This document shows, one piece after another, positions 18,796-28,738 of a stretch of DNA of 64,000 nucleotides (positions within the stretch are counted from its first letter, which is position 1; each line of letters begins with the position of its first letter). This DNA is from Escherichia phage BF17. Below the pieces are notes generated by a model. It was not told where the DNA came from. It searched no databases and was given only the letters and a program-made list of their open reading frames with translations. The DNA is taken from sequence record MW822008.1. One strand, written 5' to 3'. A program made the translations under genes and the position numbers.

Positions 18796-19920
18796 TTAAT
18801 TATCTAAGCCACCAATTACACTGAACAGTGTGGTAACGTCTGAACTATTATCTATGTAAGTTCTTCTACCAACATAATATAGTTGTCCTTTTGCTTGAAT
18901 AAAAGTTACGGTCCCTGTATTGAATGTTATAATATCATTGTATGTAATGTCAGGTGGTAGTGCTGCTGATAACGCAGTAACTTTACTTAATGCAGCACTA
19001 GTACTACCATTTATACCAGCAGCAATACTACCAGTACCATAGAACTTATTATCTTTACCAATGAATACGTTGGCTGATGCTTGTGTAGCTGATGTTATTG
19101 CCTTACCAATTTGGAATGCGGTTCCTATGGTGTATGGTGTGCTCCTGGCTGCGTCTATGCTTTGTGTATATCCATCCCCTAGCTGACCATTAACTTTGTC
19201 ACCACATGAGTATAAAGTACCATTGAGGCTGTATATGATCCCACGGTTAGAGAAGCTAACAGCTTCTGCATTAGTCCATACTGGAGCGGTGTATGAGTTT
19301 ACACGACTAGCAGTAGTTCCTAGTCCTAGTATACCATATGTGTTATCACCACATCCAAACCATTGTCCAGTACTGTTTTGATAGAACACTGAACGTTCTG
19401 TTGATTCCATGCGTACAGCATCCACAGCACCACTTTTAACGAACGAAGTGGATGAGGATGTAGTACCAGTACCCAATGCACCATAAGTGTTTGTACCAAT
19501 CGCATAGATTGATCCTAGTGGTGTCATCACACGTATACAGTTATATCCCAATTGAACTTTACATTCAAATAGGTTGTCCCATATTTCAGGAACAGCAGAA
19601 AATAAATTTGTAATTTCGAACCATGATGTTGTCGAACCAATTAATCCTATACTGCTTTTGTTTCCTAAAATGAAAACAGTTTTGTCCTTCTTAATTATCC
19701 ATGATGATAGGAAACCTATCTCACAGCTATGAACATTTGATTCTATTTGGGTAATATAATACTTAACTGTGTTATCACCCATGAATGCCGCAGCACCGGA
19801 TGCAAAAAGGTTTCCAGTTTGTTTATTTAAAATGTAGTTATTGTTTCCATATACACTAACATCATAAGAACTTTCTTGTTTTTCGTTCCCATAATCAAAT
19901 AACAATACGAAAGGTAACAT
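18796..19920 (-). CDS. array member 1: RCC1-like repeat protein
   Basis: 374 aa; N-term MLPFVLLFDYGN; NGQLGDG and YGILGLG repeats; Gly/Thr/Ser/Asn-rich. Confidence 0.75.
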   Translation of the reverse strand: MLPFVLLFDYGNEKQESSYDVSVYGNNNYILNKQTGNLFASGAAAFMGDNTVKYYITQIESNVHSCEIGFLSSWIIKKDKTVFILGNKSSIGLIGSTTSWFEITNLFSAVPEIWDNLFECKVQLGYNCIRVMTPLGSIYAIGTNTYGALGTGTTSSSTSFVKSGAVDAVRMESTERSVFYQNSTGQWFGCGDNTYGILGLGTTASRVNSYTAPVWTNAEAVSFSNRGIIYSLNGTLYSCGDKVNGQLGDGYTQSIDAARSTPYTIGTAFQIGKAITSATQASANVFIGKDNKFYGTGSIAAGINGSTSAALSKVTALSAALPPDITYNDIITFNTGTVTFIQAKGQLYYVGRRTYIDNSSDVTTLFSVIGGLDN

Positions 19921-19997
19921 GATAAAATCTCCTTGTGTTATACTTTATTTAATCATTTTATAATGTACAATTTTACAGCGATTTAATTGAGGTACTC

Positions 19998-20648
19998 ATG
20001 AATAAAAGAAGTAAGTTCTATCAAGAATATTTCACTAAACATAAACGATTCACAAAAAAATACTTTACATCATCCCACCGACCAGTTGCAAGTTACAAAC
20101 GTCCTAATACTAACTATCTTGCTGGTGGCAAGTTTAGTGCAAAGTTCGAATTACTTATGCGTGAAAAGAATATCAAGATGCATTACGCAGAGACGAGAAA
20201 AAACTCATCAATTATTTGCTCTGATTTTCTTGAGTACGGTTGCTTAACTTATAAATTCAATGATGTATATTTGTATATTGATGTTGATTGTAACAGTACT
20301 CTTATGTTTGAGATTTCAATTCACCCAAATCACAACCGTTATATAAACATTAACTTGATTGATAAAGTACTGATTGGTATATCTAGTACTGATGGTGGTG
20401 GATTTGAATTTATTGCTTCAAAATATGATGAAGATTTCGTACTTTACCCAGTACTTGATGATGTGAAAGATATTCTCAATTCATTAAAAGGAAGTCAATA
20501 CAAATTATCTGAAGAACAGCTATTTCAGTACTCACTTATTCATGATGATATCGAGATATACTTAGAGTGTGCGAGAATCTTGGAGTATCTTTATAATGAA
20601 CTAACAACAACTGGTAAAGTGACTGCATTCACATTATATAATATGTAA
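19998..20648 (+). CDS. hypothetical protein, paralog of 40123-40782
   Basis: 216 aa; plus-strand gene inside the minus-strand array; shares CNST and LSEE[QD]LF[QM]YS with 40123-40782. Confidence 0.65.
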   Translation: MNKRSKFYQEYFTKHKRFTKKYFTSSHRPVASYKRPNTNYLAGGKFSAKFELLMREKNIKMHYAETRKNSSIICSDFLEYGCLTYKFNDVYLYIDVDCNSTLMFEISIHPNHNRYININLIDKVLIGISSTDGGGFEFIASKYDEDFVLYPVLDDVKDILNSLKGSQYKLSEEQLFQYSLIHDDIEIYLECARILEYLYNELTTTGKVTAFTLYNM

Positions 20649-20654
20649 AAGAAA

Positions 20655-20673
20655 AGCCAGTACATAGTACTGG
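20655..20673. terminator. bidirectional hairpin
   Basis: GCCAGTACATAGTACTGGC between convergent 19998-20648 and 20681-21817. Confidence 0.55.
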
Positions 20674-20680
20674 CATTATA

Positions 20681-21817
20681 TTAAACTGGTGGAGAATTAT
20701 ATGGCTCAAATTTATAAGTTGTCGTAGCAGTACCAGCAATGGCGTTGTTAGCTAGTATGTACATAGTCCTGTAGTCGATTACCACTACAGTAATACTACC
20801 ACCAAAAGCATAGTCTGTTATGTTATTAGTGTTGAATGGTAAATTAGATGAACTGGTCCATGTATTAGCTGTTGTGCTATTTGTACCATTGGAATAACCT
20901 ACACTAGATGCACCAGTTGTCCATAAGTTTCCATCATTGAACAAGGAGACATGGTTAGTTGTATATGATTTATTAGGTATAGAACTATCAATTGGTGTAT
21001 TCCAAACTTTAGTAACCCATGTTGTAACTGCTGTATTATTAGTAACGCCATTACCTAATGAACCATTTATTGGTATACCTCTTATATAAGAAGTGTTAGT
21101 ACTAGGGTCAACATATCCAAATGTATATGTATCAAATGCAAATTGAAAACAATCAGAACTCGGTAATGTGTACAGTAATGTATATGAAGACGTGTTTATT
21201 GATGAATTTGTACCGTTCACACCTTGGTATAAAATACCACTAGCCAATATTTGATTATTATTTTTTGTTATAGTGTTCATTGATGGATATGTTTTCACAT
21301 CACGCACATCATTAGTCACATATGTTTGTGTTGATAATGCAACGTTACTACCATTACCTATAACCCCTGTATTTGCACCACTCCCATAAAGTGAACCATC
21401 ATTCAAAAGAACCATTGTAACATTACCATTTCCCGTAATTGTTTTAATATTACTAACATCCACCGCAGCAAATACAGTTGATGTTAAATCAGTGAAACGT
21501 GTATAATGTGATGTTGTGCCATTGATTGGTGTCGCAAAACCAGAATACAAAATTCTATTTTCTTTGGTAATAAGGAATGTGCCAGTAACACCATTTGAAT
21601 GGATATCAACAATATTATCGCCCATTAATACCCAATCACTTACGAATGTTGTTGTACCAGTACCCAACCCATATGTCGTATTGTATCCACGTCCATACAC
21701 TCTACCATCACTGAGTAATGTTACCACACATTGACCACCACCACCAAGTATAACTTTTTGTATAGTACTCTTTACTTTTATATTCCCGTACTTAACCATT
21801 CTTGCAAAAGGTAACAT
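20681..21817 (-). CDS. array member 2: RCC1-like repeat protein
   Basis: 378 aa; N-term MLPFARMVKYGN; 14 nt downstream of member 3, so probably co-transcribed. Confidence 0.75.
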   Translation of the reverse strand: MLPFARMVKYGNIKVKSTIQKVILGGGGQCVVTLLSDGRVYGRGYNTTYGLGTGTTTFVSDWVLMGDNIVDIHSNGVTGTFLITKENRILYSGFATPINGTTSHYTRFTDLTSTVFAAVDVSNIKTITGNGNVTMVLLNDGSLYGSGANTGVIGNGSNVALSTQTYVTNDVRDVKTYPSMNTITKNNNQILASGILYQGVNGTNSSINTSSYTLLYTLPSSDCFQFAFDTYTFGYVDPSTNTSYIRGIPINGSLGNGVTNNTAVTTWVTKVWNTPIDSSIPNKSYTTNHVSLFNDGNLWTTGASSVGYSNGTNSTTANTWTSSSNLPFNTNNITDYAFGGSITVVVIDYRTMYILANNAIAGTATTTYKFEPYNSPPV

Positions 21818-21831
21818 TCTTTTTCTCCTTG

Positions 21832-22980
21832 TTATATTGATGGCATATCCAACACATATGAGTTGCTAGTGATTGATGAATATGTAGAATTTAAACCTGT
21901 ACTATAAACATAATCACCTGCCCATAAGAATGTTCTATCCAATGTTGTATGTATTTCAATATCATCATATGATGATAATGATATTTGTGCTAGTGTATAT
22001 GTAGTAGCATCAATGTTTGAACCAATACCCAAAGTACCATTGTATTGTGATTGGGAGTTTTGACCAGTTGCATATATACCAGATTTGGTTATTAAATGCT
22101 GATTATACATTGACGTACCTTTAAACAATTTAATTAAATTAGAGTTAGGTGTTGTTATTTGTGCAGGAGCAAGTATTGTTGTTGTAGTGCCACCATCACC
22201 TAATTGTCCATATCGTTGGTAACCACCAGCGTATACCTGTTTAACTCCAGTAGTAGTTTCTATAATAAAGAATGAACCATAGCCAGTAGTATTAAAGTCT
22301 ATAATTTTATTTGTACTCAAACCAACATTATATCTAGTAAATGTTGTTGCATTAGCAGAACCACCAGCATTCCCACCGACCATTTGACCACTATAATAAA
22401 ATGCACCAGTACTGTCAGTATAAGCCATACAGTTCTCACTACCATAGATTTTTACTGGTGTACTGGGGAAACTAGAGGTTATATTCACACATGTATTATA
22501 TTTTGCAGTAGTTCCAGTAATTTCACCATTGTTGTTTTGACCAATTGCCCAAACTGTGTCATCGGAACGTATAGCCATTGAGCTAAAAAACGATGACACA
22601 AATTGTTTAATAAAGGAACCAGGGAGGGAAGTAAGCATACTATTGATTTGTGCACTCACATTGGTCCATGTATTCACAACTGAATTGACACCTGCCGCTG
22701 CACCTGAACCTGAACTCCACCATGATTCATCATTCTTTTTAATCAATGTACCGTTAGCAGAACAATAAACATCAGCAACTGAACTATTAACTAATATCCA
22801 TTCCCTCGCTGTTGTGGTATTACCAGTACCTAGCTGTCCTGCTGCATTACTACCCTTAGCATATAAATCACCACTCTGCGTTAAAAGCATAGCATGTTGG
22901 TATCCAGTAGATAATTTCTTTATTTTTGGTAATGCTGGTGCTTCATTTCCATAATCAAACATTCTAACAAAAGGTAACAT
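21832..22980 (-). CDS. array member 3: RCC1-like repeat protein
   Basis: 382 aa; MLPFVRMFDYGN; AGQLGTGNTT and YGQLGDGGTT; own TATAAT/AAGGAGG cassette. Confidence 0.75.
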   Translation of the reverse strand: MLPFVRMFDYGNEAPALPKIKKLSTGYQHAMLLTQSGDLYAKGSNAAGQLGTGNTTTAREWILVNSSVADVYCSANGTLIKKNDESWWSSGSGAAAGVNSVVNTWTNVSAQINSMLTSLPGSFIKQFVSSFFSSMAIRSDDTVWAIGQNNNGEITGTTAKYNTCVNITSSFPSTPVKIYGSENCMAYTDSTGAFYYSGQMVGGNAGGSANATTFTRYNVGLSTNKIIDFNTTGYGSFFIIETTTGVKQVYAGGYQRYGQLGDGGTTTTILAPAQITTPNSNLIKLFKGTSMYNQHLITKSGIYATGQNSQSQYNGTLGIGSNIDATTYTLAQISLSSYDDIEIHTTLDRTFLWAGDYVYSTGLNSTYSSITSNSYVLDMPSI

Positions 22981-23025
22981 AATTCCCTCCTTTATTCATT
23001 ATACTATATTTAATCAAAAAGAAAA

Positions 23026-23044
23026 GCCAGCACTCTGTACTGGC
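23026..23044 (-). terminator. inter-cassette hairpin with T-run
   Basis: GCCAGCACTCTGTACTGGC, then TATAAT and AAGGAGG of the next gene. Confidence 0.55.
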
Positions 23045-23050
23045 ATAATA

Positions 23051-24202
23051 TTATTTCCACGGTAGAAGTGAATCTGGAACTCTTGTTGGTACATTGGTTG
23101 TTGACACACCTGTGAGATTTGGAACACCACATGTATATAAATTATCAGCTTCATCCACTAGCATTGTATAAGAATATCCCCTACAAAAACTACCAATTGC
23201 ACGGCCTTCTAATGCAGAAAGATTCATTTCAGTAAATGTTGTTATATTTGCCACGTTTGAACCAACACCACATTGACCATTTGTATTCAGACCACATAAA
23301 AATAACTTATTATTATTTTTAATTGTACATGATGGCCCTGCAAGGTTTGTGCCAAGTTCACCCACCAACTCTATTTCACCTTGGAATGATAAATTTGGAA
23401 TTAATGCACTCATAGGAACTGGTGTTGTATTTCCAGTACCAGCTTGTCCCCTAACGTTAGTTGAAGCCACTTTGACGGTCCCATCATTAAGAAATATATA
23501 AGAAGTTTCAATTGTATTGACTGCTTTAGTCGCAGTAATAATAGAAGATTCTTGAGTAAATGTTAGTACGTTTTGTGCTGATGTTCCTGATACAAATGTA
23601 TTACCTGCGTACCAATATGTGCCATCATTGAGCACTAATCCAGTACTGCGTATTGCACACCCAGCACTTCGAACATTTTCAATAGTACTATAAGTGAATT
23701 GTGTAACGCTTGCAGTTGAACCATTTCCAAATACACCACCTATTCCCGCTCCACAGTAGAACCACTTTCCATTTTTTAAAAATACACGTAAACAACCAGA
23801 TATAACAATATTATCAATATCATCTGCAATAACACCGAAGTCAGCAAAGTTCTGTGTTACTTCAACCCAAACACCGTTGGTATCTGCTGATAATATTGGA
23901 ATTACAGACCTTGAACCAGTGTACCAAATAGTTCCATTTTTCTTAATAGCAATTGTACCTTGAACACCACCCCAATAACGTTCCACATTTGTATTGACAT
24001 TAGTCCATGAAGTTGATGTGTTAGTTGAGCCATATGCACCATTACCGCTTTGTCCATATGTTGCTGTACCATACCAATATAGATCGCCTGTAGTGTGTAA
24101 ATAAAATTTGGAATCAGCCGAGCATTGTAATCTATTTTTAAATATAGGTTTTGGCTCTGGTGCTACATTCCCGAACTTAACCATTCTTGCAAAAGGTAAC
24201 AT
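23051..24202 (-). CDS. array member 4: beta-propeller-like repeat protein
   Basis: ORF 23051-24268 trimmed to the conserved MLPFARMVKFGN start; the longer reading runs through the RBS. Confidence 0.7.
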   Translation of the reverse strand: MLPFARMVKFGNVAPEPKPIFKNRLQCSADSKFYLHTTGDLYWYGTATYGQSGNGAYGSTNTSTSWTNVNTNVERYWGGVQGTIAIKKNGTIWYTGSRSVIPILSADTNGVWVEVTQNFADFGVIADDIDNIVISGCLRVFLKNGKWFYCGAGIGGVFGNGSTASVTQFTYSTIENVRSAGCAIRSTGLVLNDGTYWYAGNTFVSGTSAQNVLTFTQESSIITATKAVNTIETSYIFLNDGTVKVASTNVRGQAGTGNTTPVPMSALIPNLSFQGEIELVGELGTNLAGPSCTIKNNNKLFLCGLNTNGQCGVGSNVANITTFTEMNLSALEGRAIGSFCRGYSYTMLVDEADNLYTCGVPNLTGVSTTNVPTRVPDSLLPWK

Positions 24203-24247
24203 ATTTCCTCCTTTATTCATTATACTATATTTAATATAAAAAGAAAA

Positions 24248-24266
24248 GCCAGTATCAAGTACTGGC
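24248..24266 (-). terminator. inter-cassette hairpin with T-run
   Basis: minus strand reads GCCAGTACTTGATACTGGC TTTTCTTTTT, then TATAAT, AAGGAGG, ATG. Confidence 0.6.
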
Positions 24267-24279
24267 ATAGTATTAAGGT

Positions 24280-25410
24280 TTAAATATTTTTATAATTAAT
24301 TTCTACATAGTTACGTTGTGTTCCAGTATATCCTGGAACATTACCTAAATTTCCATTACCTGCACCAAACAGACGTTCTCCGACTGCAAAATATGTCCCA
24401 TAGAAACAACCATCAAACACAGGAACATCATTATAATTTGATATGTAATTATCCATTGAATCCATTCTAGTGTATGCAGTCAGAGTTACATTTGTACCTA
24501 TACCATATGCACCATAAGGGTTAGTACCAGCAACATAATACCCAGTGGGTGTACATATTACTGGTGAATTTGCCCCTGATCTCGTGTGGATAAATCTAAA
24601 TGTACCTTCAGGTACTGGTGCTTCTTTACTGAATAATGTTGTAGCTACTACTGGGTAATCAATACCATAACTATTACCACTCAACCACGTTTTACCATCA
24701 CTATCTTTGAATAATGAACAGGATTGTGTGCATCCGAACAGATTCAAATTGGTTACATTTGGAAATTTACTAATTTGTGTATATACCAGAACTGTGGTTG
24801 CGGTAGCACTACCAAGTTGTCCACGACCATTATCACCCGCACTGTACATGTACCCATCGGTCTTTAATATTATACTAGCGTTTCCTAAAATATCAAAATC
24901 AACAACATCCGTTTGTGTTAATGTAGCTATAGGATAACGAAAATTCACTGCCTCACCAGTACCAAATTGACAATTGGTGTTTACCCCACATCCATATAAG
25001 TTGCCGTTTTGCATTAATATAAACAAACCTGTTGTCATTTTAATTTTCTTAATATTAAGAATATCTATATCTTGGAATATGTGTGTTACATTTACAAATG
25101 TGGTTGAGTTAACAGCACTTGAACCATAATAAGAACCGTTCCCGCTACCAAAGAATTCATCGCCTTTTCTGTACATTGCACATAGACTGCCACCCCATAC
25201 ATCATCAACTCCAGTGTCAATTTGAATAACTGAAGTAACACTAGTTGTTGCACCAGTGCCAAGTTCACCACCTGAATTGAATCCAAAACCATACAAATCT
25301 CCACTTTCGGTGAGCACCAAAACACTGTTAGTGGTTGTGCATGAAATCTTTTTGATATTATTAGATGGTCTTTTATTTCCGTACTTAACCATTCTTGCAA
25401 AAGGTAACAT
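24280..25410 (-). CDS. array member 5: RCC1-like repeat protein
   Basis: trimmed to MLPFARMVKYGN; GGELGTG and RGQLGS repeats. Confidence 0.7.
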   Translation of the reverse strand: MLPFARMVKYGNKRPSNNIKKISCTTTNSVLVLTESGDLYGFGFNSGGELGTGATTSVTSVIQIDTGVDDVWGGSLCAMYRKGDEFFGSGNGSYYGSSAVNSTTFVNVTHIFQDIDILNIKKIKMTTGLFILMQNGNLYGCGVNTNCQFGTGEAVNFRYPIATLTQTDVVDFDILGNASIILKTDGYMYSAGDNGRGQLGSATATTVLVYTQISKFPNVTNLNLFGCTQSCSLFKDSDGKTWLSGNSYGIDYPVVATTLFSKEAPVPEGTFRFIHTRSGANSPVICTPTGYYVAGTNPYGAYGIGTNVTLTAYTRMDSMDNYISNYNDVPVFDGCFYGTYFAVGERLFGAGNGNLGNVPGYTGTQRNYVEINYKNI

Positions 25411-25454
25411 AATTCCTCCTTTATTCATTATACTATATTTAATCAAAAATAAAA

Positions 25455-25473
25455 GCCAGTATCAAGTACTGGC
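25455..25473 (-). terminator. inter-cassette hairpin
   Basis: GCCAGTATCAAGTACTGGC on plus strand. Confidence 0.6.
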
Positions 25474-25487
25474 ATAGTTTTATAGTA

Positions 25488-26597
25488 TCATTTCGGCATT
25501 GTAATTGCAGACCATGAGTTCGTGGTAATAGGACCTGGCACATACAAAAAAGAACCACAAGCATAAATTTGATTATTACCATCAAATACTATACTAAAAT
25601 GTGCACATGTGTATAATGCTGATTTTTCTGGGTTGTAATTATCTAAAGTTAGTGTATTGGTGAATCTACTCAAACCACCACCAGAACCATTTCTACCAAA
25701 TTCACCAGTACTATATATCTTTCCTTCGGTTGTTGCGTACATATTAACATATGAAGTTGCACTTGATTTTGATATTTTATGTATCTTACTATCAATAGTA
25801 GTGGAGTTAAATGCAAATGGATATACTTGTGTGTTCGTTGTAATACCGTTACCAAGTTGACCAACATACTGCCAACCTGCGTTGTATATATTGCTGGCTG
25901 AATAAGCAAGAGTACCAGTACTGTTACCACCAAACAGTTTAACACTGGTTAACCTGCTTACTAGTGTAGTATACTGTCCTGGACTTACGCCAAGTGAACC
26001 ATACCCACTACTCCCACAACCGAGAAGTTCACCATTTGATGTTAATATTAATGTGTTATTCTGTGTACCCAATATATCAAGGACTGTATTAGCTCCGGTA
26101 TTAATAACTGAAACAAAAGTACTCTGAGCCGTGGAATACCCACCACCGAGTGAATAGTTACCATTCATGCCTCTACCATAAACAATCGAACCACTAGCAT
26201 CAACGTAGTGCATTGTATCTGCACCAATTGATATCATTTTAATATTAGATATATGTGGAAATGAAGAAGTAACATTCAAACCACCCAACGGAATCGTAGT
26301 ATTTCCTGTGCCTAATTGTGTGGTAACTCCATGCATTATGAATTCTTCACCCTTGATATAAAGAATATTGTACGCCCCAGCCCATGCATCAGTAACACCT
26401 TCTGAAATTAATATCCAAGTATTTCTTGTTGCTGTATTTGTAACGTTTAACTGAAAATACGAATTAACCCCACAACCATAAAGTGAGCCATCGCCATAGA
26501 GGACGTACAAATTATCAAGACCGCACAGTACTTTCTTTATCTTTGGATCTTCAGGTGCAATATTCCCGTAATCAAACATTCTAACAAAAGGTAACAT
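25488..26597 (-). CDS. array member 6: RCC1-like repeat protein
   Basis: trimmed to MLPFVRMFDYGN; VGQLGNG repeat. Confidence 0.7.
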   Translation of the reverse strand: MLPFVRMFDYGNIAPEDPKIKKVLCGLDNLYVLYGDGSLYGCGVNSYFQLNVTNTATRNTWILISEGVTDAWAGAYNILYIKGEEFIMHGVTTQLGTGNTTIPLGGLNVTSSFPHISNIKMISIGADTMHYVDASGSIVYGRGMNGNYSLGGGYSTAQSTFVSVINTGANTVLDILGTQNNTLILTSNGELLGCGSSGYGSLGVSPGQYTTLVSRLTSVKLFGGNSTGTLAYSASNIYNAGWQYVGQLGNGITTNTQVYPFAFNSTTIDSKIHKISKSSATSYVNMYATTEGKIYSTGEFGRNGSGGGLSRFTNTLTLDNYNPEKSALYTCAHFSIVFDGNNQIYACGSFLYVPGPITTNSWSAITMPK

Positions 26598-26642
26598 ATT
26601 TCCTCCTTTATTCATTATACTATATTTAATACAAAAAGAAAA

Positions 26643-26661
26643 GCCAGTATCAAGTACTGGC
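26643..26661 (-). terminator. inter-cassette hairpin
   Basis: GCCAGTATCAAGTACTGGC. Confidence 0.6.
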
Positions 26662-26668
26662 CTATATC

Positions 26669-27406
26669 TTAGACTGAATTGTCAGGATAATATCTCCCAC
26701 GTCCCCATATTATTCGCACAGCACCACCACCAGCAGCCGTATAAGAAGAATTATCCCATATACTACCACCACCACCATACCTCTTACCAGCACCACCACT
26801 ACCAGCACCACCATTATATGAACCATCGTAGCTACCACCAATACCATTAGCACCTTGAACAATGATACCAGTACCACCACCCGTACCAATGAACGAGGTA
26901 TTATAGAATGCACCACCACCACCGCCCCCGCCAGCACCATTTTCACCAGTGATTGCATTTCCGTTACCACCTTTACCTGTGTAGCCACCAGCACCACCAC
27001 CAATGACTGCACCACCACTTAAACCAGTGTTGCCACCATTACCACCACCATCATTAATAGCGTTAGCAGCTTTTCCACCTAGTCCACCAACCGTATATGC
27101 ACCAGTGAAGCTAACACATAGTTTTTCAGTTCCACGATATAAACCGTTTTCAACTGCTGTAGTAGTGTTGGGATGTGTAAGAGAAACACTTAAGTACTCA
27201 CCACCAGAAACCGGAATATTATTACGCCACGATAAGCCGCCACCAGCACCACGTTGACCACCCGGCGAAATAACACATACTGATATTTCGGTAACGCCAG
27301 CAGGAACTGTAAATTGTGTTGTTCCTATTGTCGTGATTAATTGTTCACCATGTGGCTTATATTCAATTTTATTCCCGAACTTAACCATTCTTGCAAAAGG
27401 TAACAT
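26669..27406 (-). CDS. array member 7: glycine-rich protein with the shared N-terminal tag
   Basis: 245 aa; MLPFARMVKFGN followed by long poly-Gly tracts. Confidence 0.7.
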   Translation of the reverse strand: MLPFARMVKFGNKIEYKPHGEQLITTIGTTQFTVPAGVTEISVCVISPGGQRGAGGGLSWRNNIPVSGGEYLSVSLTHPNTTTAVENGLYRGTEKLCVSFTGAYTVGGLGGKAANAINDGGGNGGNTGLSGGAVIGGGAGGYTGKGGNGNAITGENGAGGGGGGGAFYNTSFIGTGGGTGIIVQGANGIGGSYDGSYNGGAGSGGAGKRYGGGGSIWDNSSYTAAGGGAVRIIWGRGRYYPDNSV

Positions 27407-27451
27407 AATTCCCTCCTTTATTCATTATACTATATTTAACCAAAAAGAAAA

Positions 27452-27470
27452 GCCAGTATCAAGTACTGGC
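27452..27470 (-). terminator. inter-cassette hairpin
   Basis: GCCAGTATCAAGTACTGGC. Confidence 0.6.
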
Positions 27471-27477
27471 TTTTACA

Positions 27478-28668
27478 TTACAATTGTCTAGGTGTATCCA
27501 GTACATATCTATTTGTACTAGGACCACCATCATCATAAGTTCCGGTTGAATATATATTTTTCATATCAGCAGTTAGGAAAGTACGTAACGACCCTCGATA
27601 TATTTTTATTTTATCATACATAGAATATGTTATTTCTGACGGCAATGGACATGCAGTAAATTTACCAATGGTAACATTAGAACCAACACCCAATGAACCA
27701 GCATAACTACTCGCATTTAAACCTGTTGCATATACACCAGAACTCGTAACTAGTATACTAGATTGTGCTGGGTATCCAGTATGAATTGAATACAAAGTAC
27801 CGGGTGGTAAGGTTGAACTATTATTTCCTAATACTGCTCGTGCTGTACTAGACGTAGTGTTATTACCCCATGCCCCATTATTGGCGTTCCCACCCACTAG
27901 GAACTGACGTGCTCCTGTACTTGGATTCTCCACTAAAGCACTGACTGCACCAATTGTACATACAACATATTGTAATGTTTTTGTATATGTTGTACTTGGC
28001 TGATATAAAGTATATTGATTGTATGGAGTCCATGTATCAGTAGTACTTATACCTGATGTACTACCACCAATATATAAATTATTTTGTGTATCATAAAACA
28101 TTACACAGCTATTTGTTGACTGTATTCGTGCAATATCAACATTAGGCGTGACAGCTTTTACAAATGATCCATCTGTTATTTGTTGAGTACTACCAGTACC
28201 ATCAGCGAATTGTCTAGCCCCACTCCAACCAGTACTCCATATTGTATTATTATCCATTAAGAAAGTAAACCAAGTAGTACCTGCATACATCTGTTTAATT
28301 GAAGTACCTGAACTTTGTGTGTACAAATTTTCAATATATTGGTTATAACTTAAAAATGATGTAGTACTAGTTTCTAAACCAATATGACCACCATATCCAC
28401 AATAAAAATAATTTAAGTCCTTATCTTGAACTAACAAAGTTCCTTGTGTCATCCAGCAATCTTTGACATTTTCTCTAATTAATGTCCACGACCTTACTGC
28501 ATTATTATTTCCGCGACCGAACTTCCCATAACTATTATTTCCTCGTGCGTATAGTTGACCGTCAGTATAAAGTACAACCACATCAGTATCAGTTGGTATT
28601 ATTTTCTTAATTAGAAGAGGTTCAGGTGTGATATTCCCATAATCAAACAATCTAACAAAAGGTAACAT
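27478..28668 (-). CDS. array member 8: beta-propeller-like repeat protein
   Basis: 396 aa; MLPFVRLFDYGN; Thr/Ser/Asn/Gly-rich. Confidence 0.7.
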   Translation of the reverse strand: MLPFVRLFDYGNITPEPLLIKKIIPTDTDVVVLYTDGQLYARGNNSYGKFGRGNNNAVRSWTLIRENVKDCWMTQGTLLVQDKDLNYFYCGYGGHIGLETSTTSFLSYNQYIENLYTQSSGTSIKQMYAGTTWFTFLMDNNTIWSTGWSGARQFADGTGSTQQITDGSFVKAVTPNVDIARIQSTNSCVMFYDTQNNLYIGGSTSGISTTDTWTPYNQYTLYQPSTTYTKTLQYVVCTIGAVSALVENPSTGARQFLVGGNANNGAWGNNTTSSTARAVLGNNSSTLPPGTLYSIHTGYPAQSSILVTSSGVYATGLNASSYAGSLGVGSNVTIGKFTACPLPSEITYSMYDKIKIYRGSLRTFLTADMKNIYSTGTYDDGGPSTNRYVLDTPRQL

Positions 28669-28713
28669 ATTTCCCTCCTTTATTCATTATACTATATTTA
28701 ACCAAAAAGAAAA

Positions 28714-28732
28714 GCCAGTACTTGATACTGGC
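28714..28732 (-). terminator. inter-cassette hairpin
   Basis: GCCAGTACTTGATACTGGC. Confidence 0.6.
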
Positions 28733-28738
28733 GTAATG

